A stretch of DNA of 61,909 nucleotides, taken from Conidiobolus incongruus B7586 (lineage: Eukaryota). Positions within the stretch are counted from its first letter, which is position 1. Every line of letters begins with the position of its first letter. The position numbers were made by a program, and so were the translations under genes. Shown in pieces: positions 38,957-52,348 of the stretch. Location of the stretch: NCBI GenBank assembly GCA_000697335.1, contig JNEM01007302.1, forward strand, positions 1 through 61,909, in the 5' to 3' direction. The notes beneath the pieces are model-generated. The model was not told the origin of the DNA and searched no databases. It saw only the letters and a list, made by a program, of their open reading frames with translations.

Positions 38957-40780
38957 TTTAATAGCTATATTTTAAAATTAATTATTCATTGTATTTTGGT
39001 AGTTAAACCAATATTATTTCTATTTTAAGCTGGCTTTGTTAGTCTATAATGAAAGGATACTTTTTGTTCACTTTATTTTCTATATTAATTTATATTTAAA
39101 TCCAATGTTATTCATTTAAATAATTATTTAAACCCAAAAGTAATAAAGATAGAAGGAAGTTTTTGTATATATTTTATTACAATGCCTCAACAGTAAGTTT
39201 TTAAACATATAGTCCCAATATATTAAAAGGCAGGATTAATAAATAATTTATTAACTTATATTTTGAGTACTTTTCTAACTATAATCTTTATTTATAAAAC
39301 TTAATATAAAAACACAACAATAGCATTATTAAATCTAATTTTTTATTTCATAACATTTTTTTTGAGTTTTTGAATATAATAGACTTGCAATTTATCATTT
39401 TATACTATGATAGTGTTCTTAAATAAATAATCAAATGATATTTTTAATACCCTCCCCATTTAGATAAAGAATAATGATAGTCTTGATGCTAACCAGTTTT
39501 ATATTCGTCATTTCTATTAGACACTATATAATATCAAATGTGATACATAGTTAATATCAAATTTATTAGGAATTTAATTCAAACACTTCAATCAATGAAA
39601 TTAAAAAAATTTAAAAATCATATAATATTGAATTGAATATGTGAGTGTATACCTTTAAGCCCACATTATTAGAAATGAGCAATGAAAAAATTCAAATACT
39701 CCATTTGATTGACTACATGGACATTTTAGATTTTTCAATGCTGTCCCGAAAATAACCTTTAATTGAATATCTAACTATATTAAGACAAATTTTATTGTAA
39801 AATGTATACTCAAATATTATCACCTCGCTAATAAATTTCATTTTATTTAATAAAAATAATTGTTGCATCCATTTATCTAGATAGTTAGTAAACTTTAAAT
39901 ATATGAGACTGATCAATATAATTTAGAATTACTTTTTTCAGTTTATGTTTTTAATAGCAGTATTAAGTATTCTGTTCATTTCGTTTTCATATATTTGAAA
40001 CTCAAAAAATTAATATTATATCTTGAATTTTGTACCATTATTCTGATCAAAAACTTAAAAGTTGATTATTTATATGATTTTCTCCATTTTAAGATAAATT
40101 TCCACCTTATTAGATATCATATATTAATGTCAATTTAATATCAAATCGTAATTGTTTTTAGTCCAACTTATGAAGAAGTTATTCTGGTCTAAATCCAAGA
40201 CTTATATAGTATATTAATTAAAATCCTCTCTCAATTACATTTTTATCTTACATTCTGTAATAATTTTCTCCAACTATGATCATTAAAATAATTCATAAGA
40301 TCTCATAATTTTTCAATAGCTGTGGATAATGTGATTCAATTTATACTTGGATATTTGGTTGTTATTAAATAACAATGAGTTATATCAATATTAAACTATC
40401 TTATAACTTTAACAAATCAATTTCATTGGCAGTTAACTTCTATCAAGATAACACTTTAAACTATCAAACTAGAGCAGCTTTTATGTCAAAATATTGTCAG
40501 TCACATATTTTTAAATCTACCTTTCGGAGCAAAAAATTGAAAATATTAATAATCCAACTTGATCCAGACAATCAAAAAGGGGAAATTAATTTTTATTAAA
40601 ACATATAATAATTATCTATGATGATTTCTATATGAACAAACAATTCAACTTAGAAATCATATCCAGGATTTGACAAAACCTATTTAATTAACTATATAAT
40701 TAGATAATACATATCCAAAAAATTGATTATATATTATAATTGATTTGAAAGCTGTCAACATTATAAATTAATAATTATAA

Positions 40781-43700
40781 TTAGTAATAAGCTGTGTTGT
40801 TAGCGATCATATCCACCATCCTAAATTCGCTATCCTTAATTTCTATGTACATCCTGTACCAGAGGGGCGATGACAGTATATGCGGCAATTCCAGGAGTGA
40901 GATAGGTACTTGAAGGATGAACTCTCGCTTGAAAGGTTTTGGAAAGCTGACGGTGGAGGATTCCAGGTAACTCGATTGGTATAATGGCGGGGGTTGGGAT
41001 ATCATGCTTTTGGCGAGTGCTGAATCAGTTTCCCAACGGTTTGCTATTCAAAATTAGTTTTATTATATGAAGTAATTTTAGAATCCAATTACCTTGTTGT
41101 GAAAACAGTTGGTAAACGGCCCCTCTTTCGTCTCCTTCCTCAAGTTTAGTAAATTGAAGACGAATATTGGTATCGGATGATAAATTCGATTTAGAATTGA
41201 TATTAGATTGGTTACTTGATTCCATATTCTTCTCAATAGTTAGTAATTTGTTAGCTAATTCAAATCGTCCTCCAAACTTTTTTGAAAATAATTAATATTT
41301 GATTAATACATATTATGTGATTAATTTACCTTATGTAGTAATGATACAGCTCTACCTAAATATAATTCAGCATCTTGAATTTGATTGAGTAAAGGTTCTA
41401 ACTGCGTTATGTCAACGCTAATCAAATAATTAACAATATAAATTAATACAATGATTATAATAATTTACTCAGTATGATACCAAGGGAAAGAGATGATGGT
41501 ATCTGCTAACTTGGTTAACGATTCCTTGACAACTGTGAATTTGTCTAGTACTTCAGGAGGCAAACTCTTCATCAAAACCTCGTAAGCGATGATGAATTGA
41601 GTGGATAGTAAACTTTAAAAGAGTTAATTTGTGAAAATAGTAATAAACGGATTGATTATTTACTGTTGATACACTTCAAACTCCGACAAGTTTTCCAAAA
41701 AATGAAGAGCCTATGGTATGAATCAGTTGAATAAAATATTATAATTTGCTAGTTAGTTTTAGTTACCTTTTCACCTTCAGATATAAAGTCGAAAAGGGGT
41801 TTCTGTTTAGATACTGGGATACGTTTGCATGATTTCCAAATTTGAAGCCAAATATTGTTAGGTTCCATCATACGAACACTAAGTCTACCTTTGGGCTGAC
41901 TAGGATCGCTACCCGGTGTACCTGGTTCCTCAATCCAATCTCTTGGCGAGTACCATCTGAGAAAATCACCAAGTACACAATTGGGATTTGCTGCTTTGAA
42001 GGCCTCCATATCTAATAAACGTAATTAGTAATCCAACGAACTAATCTAAATATAAAAATACCTGATTTGAGTTGCGAGCATTGCATTTTAGCACGAATTT
42101 GGGTTGCTTCTTCGGATGTACCCATCTGTTCGAACAGTTCAGCTTGTTCTGTTATCATATCTTCAGTCATTACACCAGGGTCCTGAAGTTTGGATGAGTG
42201 TTTGGCAATGAATTAAATAAAAAATTAAAATACCTGAGTTTGGGGAACCCAAATTTCATCGGTTCCGTTCAATAACATCACTCCCTCCAACTTATGCAAT
42301 CCGCCTTCCCTGGCATCTGGATCAGTCAATGCGGCTGAATCAGGAGAGTCTGCGAGATTCCTGCTGAATTTCTGGTGTACGAGGGTTGCTAAACTCTCTG
42401 GAGGTGAGCAACTGCCATTGAGATTAGGTGATACAAAAGAGTCAAAACTTGAAGGAACTTGCAAATTGACAAAGCTTTCTGCTTGAAAGCTATTGCGATG
42501 AGAAGCAGATATATTACTCGAAGCTGACTGCTGTATGGGTGCGGATTTCTTAGGCTTTGGAATCGAAATGCTTTTAGGTTCTATTTTCTCAATACTGCCA
42601 GCACTGGTAGTGTGAATTGGAGATTCTGGAGAAAGAGCACTTTCATTCAAGCTATTTGTGAGGGAACGCGAGTCAATATGCTCGGGACTGAGTACCATAT
42701 CACCCAATGATTTGGCCACTAACGTATCCAATTCTTTCGTGGGAGCTTTGGAACTGTTATATTGTTTTTCCCTATGAATACAGTAGTTGAGCATGGAAAG
42801 TTTTTGATGAATGATACAGTATCTATGATCGACATCCCAAGGACTATCATTCTTTTGAATTCCTGGAATCATCTTCTTATCTTCCCAGTAGTTTCTGATC
42901 TTGCTGAGGAATTGGTTCCATGCAACCTTCAAAAATGAGCGAAGATTGGATGATCGAAAGTTAGATGTACTCGAGGTAGAGGCTAAGCATTGATAAAATA
43001 GTTTGTGCAGTAATGACTGATATGGAACTGCACGTGATTGCTGAAGTAACAGTGGGAGATCCTGAGGTGCTGGAGGCTTATTAGTTGATGGAGTGATCTC
43101 AGTAATATTGAAAGATGAGTTAAATAGTCCATCTAGCATAGAATAAATTATGTCAATGTCAACCATGCTGTATCGGTTCCAGTGTGTAAGAGTGGAAGGA
43201 TCCATATTAGATCCTCGAAGTTGCTGAGGACTGGCAGGATCTAGAACTTGATCGTCTCTGAAACCCACACTATCGCGCCCATTGGAAGAGTCTTGCCTCG
43301 ACGTTGAGTGATAAGAAAATGGATTTTCACCTTCCATCTGGAATACGAACGAGCTCTCCTGCTCCAATGGCCAGCAGTTGACAGCCTCTTTTAGAACTGC
43401 GGTCAATAAGGCCCATTCGCTATGCTTGTGATGGAACTGACAAGCAATCAAAAAGCTGCTCGCTTGAGATGGATGGAAATCAAGATCTGGAGAGTGGGGA
43501 TCGATGAAAGAATGAGAAGATTGAGGGAACTGAGTTAATAAAAATATAGCTTTGAGAGGATCACATGAAGGACCCCAAGCTAACGAAGGGGGCTTCGACA
43601 AGCTGGTGGGAAAACTACCAGGAATATGTGGAGTATATTGGGCTCTGGGTTTGGGATGAGGCGATAAAATCGAATCAACATCATTCCAACTCATGTCCGC

Positions 43701-44981
43701 CGGTATATCCAAACTGTATGTGATTTCAGCTGAGATGAGCGCCTTTCCCCGCAAAGAACCGTCCAAATCATACCCTTTAACAGCTGACCTAGAGCTCAAT
43801 CTATCAGAAGAAGTGTGGATATCATTTAGATTTCGCGCCAGGTCGCTGGAGAAGTGACTAGAGTTAGGGGACATGAACTGAAAATTCTCTCTAAAGAACT
43901 GAAGAATGCCTTTAGACTGATGAATTAAATAGTTGGGCACCTGATGCGTATGAAAACTACGAATCTTAACTTGAAGTTCAAACTCTAACTCTTCATCAAA
44001 TCCAGCGCCGGTTTTGGCGGTTTGTGGATTCCATGTCTGAGGAGGCAGATGTAAATAACCTGTCACTAACAATCTCCAACTAGATCCTGATGGCACTAAG
44101 ATTGGAATACCATACAGACCCAGATGTTGGAAAGCAAGTACACCTGCAGAAATCAAACTACGGGACACTGTTGGGGAAATCTTTTGAGGTAAAAAGCAGG
44201 GACCGCTACTTTGATCAATCATATTCACTGATTTTGGATCAATTTTCTCATGGATAAAATAGGAAGAAAAATTAGAGTGGGAGTTGAAGGAAAAGCTAGT
44301 AGGGTATAGAAAGATAAAGTGAGACAATCCTGTCCAGCGATGTAACAGATGGAAAGGGTCTTCCTGACCATGGTCACGACTGAGCACAGAATGTGGGATA
44401 GAAAAAGGTAAAAATGACCCATCAATCATTGTTTCGTATTCGGGTGATGCAAATCCTGGCAAACTAGAAAATACTTCATTACTTTTAGGTGAAGCATTGT
44501 TTTCAGAATTGGTATCTTTATAAAATTGATAATAATGTACACCATAATTTTGATCATCAACAGTTAAATATTTTACCAATTTTTCGTGCTTATTAGAATC
44601 AAACAAACTACCAGTTTTAAGAGTGGAATTGGGTTTGGAAACTTCCGAATGAATAGATTGGGACTCTACCTCATCCTTTAAAGAAATAGGGGAATTTGGT
44701 AAATTTTCCTTTTCTTTGAACCAGTCACTAAATATCTCTTCCAGTAAACTGGTTAAACGCTCCCAGTGGGATGCGGTTGTATAGTCCACCATTTCAAAGT
44801 ATTCTTCCTGCTTCTCTCCGCCCACGCTCACCTCGCTGTTGAGGCTCAGAGACGGCGGTGATGCGCTCTCACTACCCTGGTCATTTAAAGGACTGCTTTT
44901 CAAGCTATAAAAAGGACTGGATTTGGACGGAGACACTCTGCCCAAATTAATAGAAGGAAAATTTTTTGGGGTCGAGTTCAT
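40781..44981 (-). CDS. RAB3GAP1: Rab3 GTPase-activating protein catalytic subunit, 8 exons, ~1279 aa
   Basis: Exons 44981-42234, 42182-42062, 42011-41767, 41710-41664, 41612-41469, 41417-41330, 41276-41093, 41043-40781 splice in frame. Family motifs DYTTASHWERL, CIIHQKLSMLNYCI, PQTQDPGVMTED, SDMEAFKAANP..DFLRWYSPRDW, LSVRM, QKPLFD..EGEKALHFL. Confidence 0.93.
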
Positions 44982-46894
44982 AGAATTGGTTAGTTCTAAA
45001 TTTTATCATAAATAACATTTAAATAAATTCTATAGTAATTAATGAAATTTAATTGATTACAAACCTCAAATTTATATTTTATAATAACGCCTTATGAATA
45101 ATAACTATTATTATTATTATTATTACTATTTACAATATATATTTACAATATAAAATAACTAATGGACGATAGTTAATAATGATTATTATATAATATTGAA
45201 TAATAATATAATAAATTTATTTTTGATGGTGATTTTATTTTGTGCGCATTGAATAAATGAAAGAATTATAACTTTTTAAAATTATTAATTTAATAAATTT
45301 TAGAATTTTGGGATTCATTATGTTGGGGTAAATTAATTGTATTCACCCAAAAAAATTTTGATTAGCTAGAAATTATTAACCATATTTATGATTACACTTG
45401 AGATATTATTTAGTCAAAATATTTATATATTTTTATAAAAGTTATACAGTTTATAATGATCTTACAATAAAAATCATTCCATTATCACCATTGAATTTTA
45501 CATCAAAATGAATAAAATTCACCTAATTTTCGAACTGAAAAGTGTTCGATTAATAATAATCTCAACATTACAAAACATTTGATAAATATATTTATTAAAT
45601 AAACTTGATTAATGATTTATTATTAAGTATGACATTTTTTCATGTGAATTTCAATTATATATATATATTGAATTATCCCTTAAAACATTTTAGCTGAATA
45701 GAGTTATTATCAATAAAGGGTTGTAACAGAATATTTTTGAAGACTTGTAGACTTTGACAATTTGAGATTGACAGTTCATTTTGGGATCTTAAGGAAGGCC
45801 TAATAATGTTTAAAATAAAGAATATTAGTAATATTTTTATTATATATCTTATCTCATCTCAATTTGATGCATTATCTGATTTAAATTTAAATCACTTTTT
45901 AAGGTAAAAATTGGGGTGGAAGTTTTAAATAATAATTCTATTGATCTAATGAATGCTTGGATATCAGAGATTGATCATATTGTAATAAATTTCAAAATAA
46001 TTTTATAGTTATTAATAATTATATGTTCAATATCAATTTAAAACTTATTATAATTTAAAAATTTATATAATTTTCGATTATAATAAATTTTGAATTGCTT
46101 TTGGTTAACTGACCTTTTAAATTTCTTTAAAAATTGTATATAATATTGAATTTGCGTTAATTTAGCGAAAGAGTACAGCGGTTATTAAGTTATATTGACC
46201 TAAAAACTGGGTAATGTATTTTATTGGTAATAATGATTTGATTACGTAGAGTTTGAGTCATCTATCAAAAATTCAATAAATACCTCTAAATTTTTAACAA
46301 CTTATGAGCGTTTGGGAAATTTGTACCATATCTCACGTTTCAATGATAATTTGTGACATTATTTTATAATATTGGATACTATAGATTTAACATATATAAC
46401 GATTACAATATAATGTAGATAATTTATTTTAAATAACTGGAAAATATCTTAAATATTGCATAGTCATCGAAATATTAGTATTAATTTAAAGATATATTAG
46501 AGTAAATGAAACCTTTCGCATGATTAATGATCTTGGATGATGTCATGTTAAAATATAATCTATATATTCGATACAAGTTGATGTTATAAACTATATAATT
46601 GACCAGTACACTGAGTAGAGCACCAATATCATAAGACTGCCACATAAGGAATTTTTCACAAGATTCATATTACAATCTTGATATAAGCACCATAGATATA
46701 TATATACTTCGAAAAATATAGCATCTTTAAGTATTAAATAGTAATATATATTAACAATGATCTAAACATTATGAATATTTCATTTCAATTTGAAAATAAT
46801 AATATTGTGTTATATGAATCTATTGTTAAAAATACTTAAAATTGATGTTTTACTTAAATATCATAAGAAATCTATTGTACATTACTTTGAATCA

Positions 46895-46896
<2 letters not shown>

Positions 46897-46928
<32 letters not shown>
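46897..46928. repeat. (TTA)n microsatellite, about 10 units
   Basis: Read directly from the sequence. Confidence 0.85.
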
Positions 46929-49157
46929 TGATTCTGCAATTATATATATCTTGACACATTAAGGTTCAACTAGGTATATATTTATTAATATTAAACAACT
47001 CAATATAGAGGATTGATATTGAAAGATATTTTAAAAACTATTCAATCATGCATATTTTATAATAATTATTCAATAATAAATAAATATATAAATTTCTCTG
47101 AAATAATACTAGTATTTTAATTTCTATCAATTGATTGGAAATAAACTGTGGTTACTTAGCTAGTAACCCGCGCGACCAACTTCATCTCACGATTTATTAC
47201 CTTTTGGAGATATAACCCCGGAATACCAGTCACATCCCTTCAAGGCCTCATTTTTCTGAAGACATAATACACTTCTTTACGCTACCTATGACTAGCTAAT
47301 GGTTTTGAAATAATCATTGTCGGAATACATTTTCATCACTTCTGGCCTTCTGTGAAGCCTATCAAACCACGAGCAAGCAGTTCTCTTCCTTATTAGCAGC
47401 GTTGTACTAGTAATATGGATAGAACCACAAAACAATATAGAGTCTAATGAACTATTAATATCTTTGATAAAAAAACATTTAATTATTAAACTCAACAACA
47501 GATTTTTTTTATTATTGAATCTGATAATATTCAATAAAACCAAAATAATACCCAATATACTATGAATTATCCCATAAAACGTCAATGTTTATGTAGTATA
47601 TTTATGCTTTATTAAGGTAAAATAAAATACTTTTAATTATAAAAACTTGTATTATTTAAAAATATATATTAAAAGATTAATAATTATTCTTTGGAATTCT
47701 CAAGTTGATATTTTTTTAAATATTTTTTAATCACATTCTGGATCTTGACTATATTTCGTTTATCATACTATGCATTTTATCATCATATACAAAGAATTAA
47801 GAATCTTTTCAATCATCATAAAAATAATTAATAAATATAATCAAAATTTTAATATTGAATAAATATGAATATATCAATAATTTAAAATTAATAAAAATAT
47901 AATATACTATATTATTTGATATACTTCATTGATATGTATACAATAATAATTTTGGTTGAAAATATGGATATAGATCAAATTAAGTAGTTTATTTTTTCAA
48001 AACTTTATTTTAAATCTAGCAAATATTTTAAATAGTGATGAATGATATAAATTCATTTAAAATATAATACTTAATATTCTAAATAATTAGATAACATTTT
48101 AATTTATCTTATCATATTATATTAATCTTTAAATTTAAAATGATTGTTATTATATATAATTTTATATCCTGTTTTGTAAAATAAACCAATCATTATATTC
48201 AACAAAAGCTCATGATATATAGCCATATGGAAAAGTTCACAGAATGTTTACAATTCTAAAATGCCGATATTAAACTGTTTGTTAATCAAAAGATGAAACA
48301 AGCAATTTAATATTAAAATTTTAAACTTAGTTCATCCAGTATATAAATGCAAATAATTAAATAATCTGTACTTTTATTGAAATTTGTATTATAGAAAAGA
48401 AACTATAGGGATCTGTTTATGTTTTAATTATCAAGTATTGAAACTTTATTATGATAATTTTTTCAAGATTACCAAATTTTGAATGGTGAATGAAGAAAAC
48501 TTTTTGTCACAACGCATGAATTTAAGTAATGAATACTGATAAATAACTTGAAAGTGATTATGTTTAGTGAATTATGGTCTGATTGTAATAAGTGATTTAA
48601 ATTACGGAATTAAATTTGATAATTTTAATATAATCAATTCAAAGCTAAAAATATCTGTAATTAATTATATAATTTGTTTGTAATACTCTACTATTTTATC
48701 AGAAGAATATATAAAATAGCATTCAATATAAGAAAAATTTATATTACTATTCATAATAAAATTACTTTAAGTATTGATTTATTATTATATTCAGATCCTA
48801 ATTTATTAATATAAATTAGTATAAAATTTTCATAATTAAAATTTGAAATAAAACTTGAAAAAAAAAATGAATATAATTTATATTTATATTTAGCCATATA
48901 ATAATTATAAACATAATTATTTATATATCACGATTTTTTATTATATATCATATGATATTATTTTTAAAAGTCAAAAGTAAAATTAATTTGCATCAAATCA
49001 ATTACTATGTGCAATACATAAATAAAATCTTAATTTTTTTTGTTTAAAACCGAAATCACATGAAATTGGAAAATCTTGGTCAAAGGTTGGATGAGTATAA
49101 ATAGAGTCATGATACAAAAGAAATAGGCTAATTTTTAATATTTTCATTATTGAAATA

Positions 49158-51331
49158 ATGTCAGTTTATGCAGTACCAGTCGGACAAGCGAAAAGTCCTG
49201 ATGAAACTCCAGTTTACAGAAATATAGATCATGTTGACAAATTGGCAGAAATACCTGACAATGAACCAAAAACGATATATGAATTACTTCAAAATGGTAA
49301 ATAATATGACATTTATTCTGGTTCTCATATTGATTTACTGAGTTGATTATTAGCTTTTGAAAAGCATAAGGATGAATTATATTTGGGATCTATACTGAAA
49401 GATCCTAAAACAAGTAAACCAATCAATGAGATCAAATGGCTAACCTATGGGCAGGTTCAAGAATATGTCGAAAAGATTGCTAATGGCCTCTGGCACCTAA
49501 TTACCGAGAATAATTTGTCCAAGCCCAATAAGCAATCCTCAGTTGCCTTTTATGCTCCCAATTCTTTCGAAATATGGACTGGTGATTTAGCTTGTAGTTA
49601 CCATAGATTAATTTCGGTAGGTATTTTTGATACTTATGGGTCTGACATTGCTATTCAAGTTCTGAACAACTGCGAAGCTTCCATTATATTTACACATACC
49701 CATAAGTTGCCTTTTCTATTATCTAATTACACCAAATTAAATCATCTAAAGATCATCATTTGTGTTGATGATCTACCATTAAATGCGCCTCCAAAGTCCT
49801 ATAGTACAATATTTAGACAGTGGGCCAAATCTACGGATATATTGTTAATGAACTATGATGAACTCCTGAAACTAGGGACTAATCACAATTATCCTCATCA
49901 AAAACCTAGCCCAGAAGATATAGTTTCTCTCTGCTACACATCAGGGACGACTGGAACACCAAAAGGGGCGATTCAAACCAATTCCAATTTCATATCATCA
50001 ACCTATTCCTCATCTCTCGTTCTGAGACAATTAGATGAAAGATTAATTACCCTATCTTATCTTCCTCTTGCTCATGTATATGAGAGATATGTCCTATATC
50101 AATTACTCTGGTGCGGAGCTCAAGTCGGATTTTATAGTGGTGATATCACTAGACTATTGGAGGATGCCCAGTTAGTAAAACCAACTCTTTTCTTATCAAT
50201 TCCACGTATTTTAAATCGTATAAAAGATACCATCGTCCAAACTTACTCTAAAGGAGATGATGATAAAGCATTATTATTTAAACTTGGATTGGAGGCCAAA
50301 TTGCAGATACTGAAAGAAGAAGGTACTTTCGCTCATGAAGAATGGGACAAATTATTATTCAATAAAATTTCCAAGATCCTTGGGGGTAATGTTCAAGTTA
50401 TTGTGACTGGATCTGCACCAACGTCAGAAGAAACTAAAGACTTTTTTAAGGTGGTATTCAGTAGTCTTATTCTTGAAGGCTACGGTTCCACAGAAACTAG
50501 CTCTAATATCACCAACAATCCAGCTAGTTCGAGTACTCCTGGGCATGTGGGTGCTCCCAATGGTTGTAATGAGATTAAGTTAAAAAGTGTTCCTGAGATG
50601 AATTATTTAGTCACAGATAAGCCATATCCAAGAGGCGAAATATTGGTAAGAGGGTCAAACATTTTTAAAGGATATTACAATCAACCAGAAATGACGAGAG
50701 AAGTCATTGATGAAGATGGATTTTATAAAACAGGAGATATTGGCTATATTGACGAACATGGATTGCTTTATATCATCGATAGAAAATCTAGTGTATTTAA
50801 GCTAAGTCAAGGTGAATATGTTACACCAGAAAGAGTAGAATTAGCGGTACAACGTCATCCGGTAGTACAAACATGCTGGGTTGGTGGCAAAAGTACAGAA
50901 AACTATCCTATTGCTATCATTATTCCAAATCCAGAAGCATTCAAATCTTGGTATTTTGATCGCTTTGATGTGAAAATAGAAGATAGCAAATTACATAGCA
51001 TTTATCAAGAAGATCGAGTTATAGAAGCATTATGCAACGAGATCAAAGATACTTGTATTGAATCCAAATTATCTGGGTAACAATATTTGATCAATAATGT
51101 TTATCATTAAATTAATCATTTTATTAGATTTGAAATACCAAAAAGAATTTACTTGGAATCAATTCCTTTCAGTATAGAAAATGAACTTTTGACACCTACG
51201 TAAGTGTAAATTTATAAAAGTATAAAATAATTATATATTAACTTGTGTTTATTAGCCAAAAATTATGTCGGCCAAGATTGCATAATCATTATAAATCAAT
51301 AATGAATAAGTTATATGAATTGAAAAATTAA
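49158..51331 (+). CDS. Long-chain fatty acyl-CoA synthetase, copy 10, intact, most divergent and closest to the family consensus, ~669 aa
   Basis: Exons 49158-49296, 49354-51076, 51128-51199, 51256-51331, with the same intron positions as the other copies. Motifs YTSGTTGTPKG, canonical YLPLAHVYER, EGYGSTE, LLTPTQK. Confidence 0.95.
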
Positions 51332-52348
51332 TTTACTTTTTATTGTCAATAAATTCTTTTTTGAATCATGAAAACTATTTAATATCCACTATAAATGTCA
51401 ATCTTTATTTATGTAAAAATTAATAAATTATTGATACTTCATATTTAATTACAAATGATAATTTTGAAAAATATTTAAAAAAATTCTTAACAGTGATAGA
51501 TTATTAAATGAATTATAATATATTATTATTAAATAAAAATTAATAAAACTATTAACCAAATAGTGATTATATGAAAATATCTTTTTATTTTGAATTTAAT
51601 AAAATTATCTGTTTTATTTCTTATTCATTCTTCAATATATTTAAAGTGATTTGACAGGTTTTTTAATATATCTAAATATTATTTTTGGATCCTATTTCTT
51701 AAGTAAATTTACACCTTGTAATGAATTGAAATATTATGACATGCCAAATAGATTATTTATCATAGAAGAGAAGATCTAAAATCTATGAAGTATTTTAAAT
51801 TGGTTCCTCGAGTTATAACCCAATAATATGAATATTTAAGTAATACAATTGAAAAGCATCAGTATCTACATTTTTTAAATAATATTCAGAATAGTCACAG
51901 TTTGAGAATGTTTTGAACCTTTGGAGTTAGGAAATGAACGGAATATGCCAGATTCAAAACCTAAATAAAACGAAATAAAGAGGGTTCATGATATTATTAC
52001 ACATCCAAGATTGGTTAAAATTGGTAAATTAAAGGTGACGTAAAGGATATCTAGCATGTTCTCCCCCTGTTATTTATATTATGTTTAGTTTCATACTAAA
52101 TGTAAAGAAGGCAAATTGGATTTATTTATTAGATCTAAAGGGATTATCGGCGGTTATTTACTGTAATAAAGTAATTTAGATGGATTTAATTCAAGTTAAA
52201 TGGAATATTTATTTAGGGTAATGGTTTTCATGTGTGTTAATTTTCATTTATATTTAAACGAAACATTGCATATTATAGATTAATTAAAAGATATCTTTTG
52301 AATAAAAAAAATAAAATTTATTAAATGCGGATGATGATGAAACAATAA

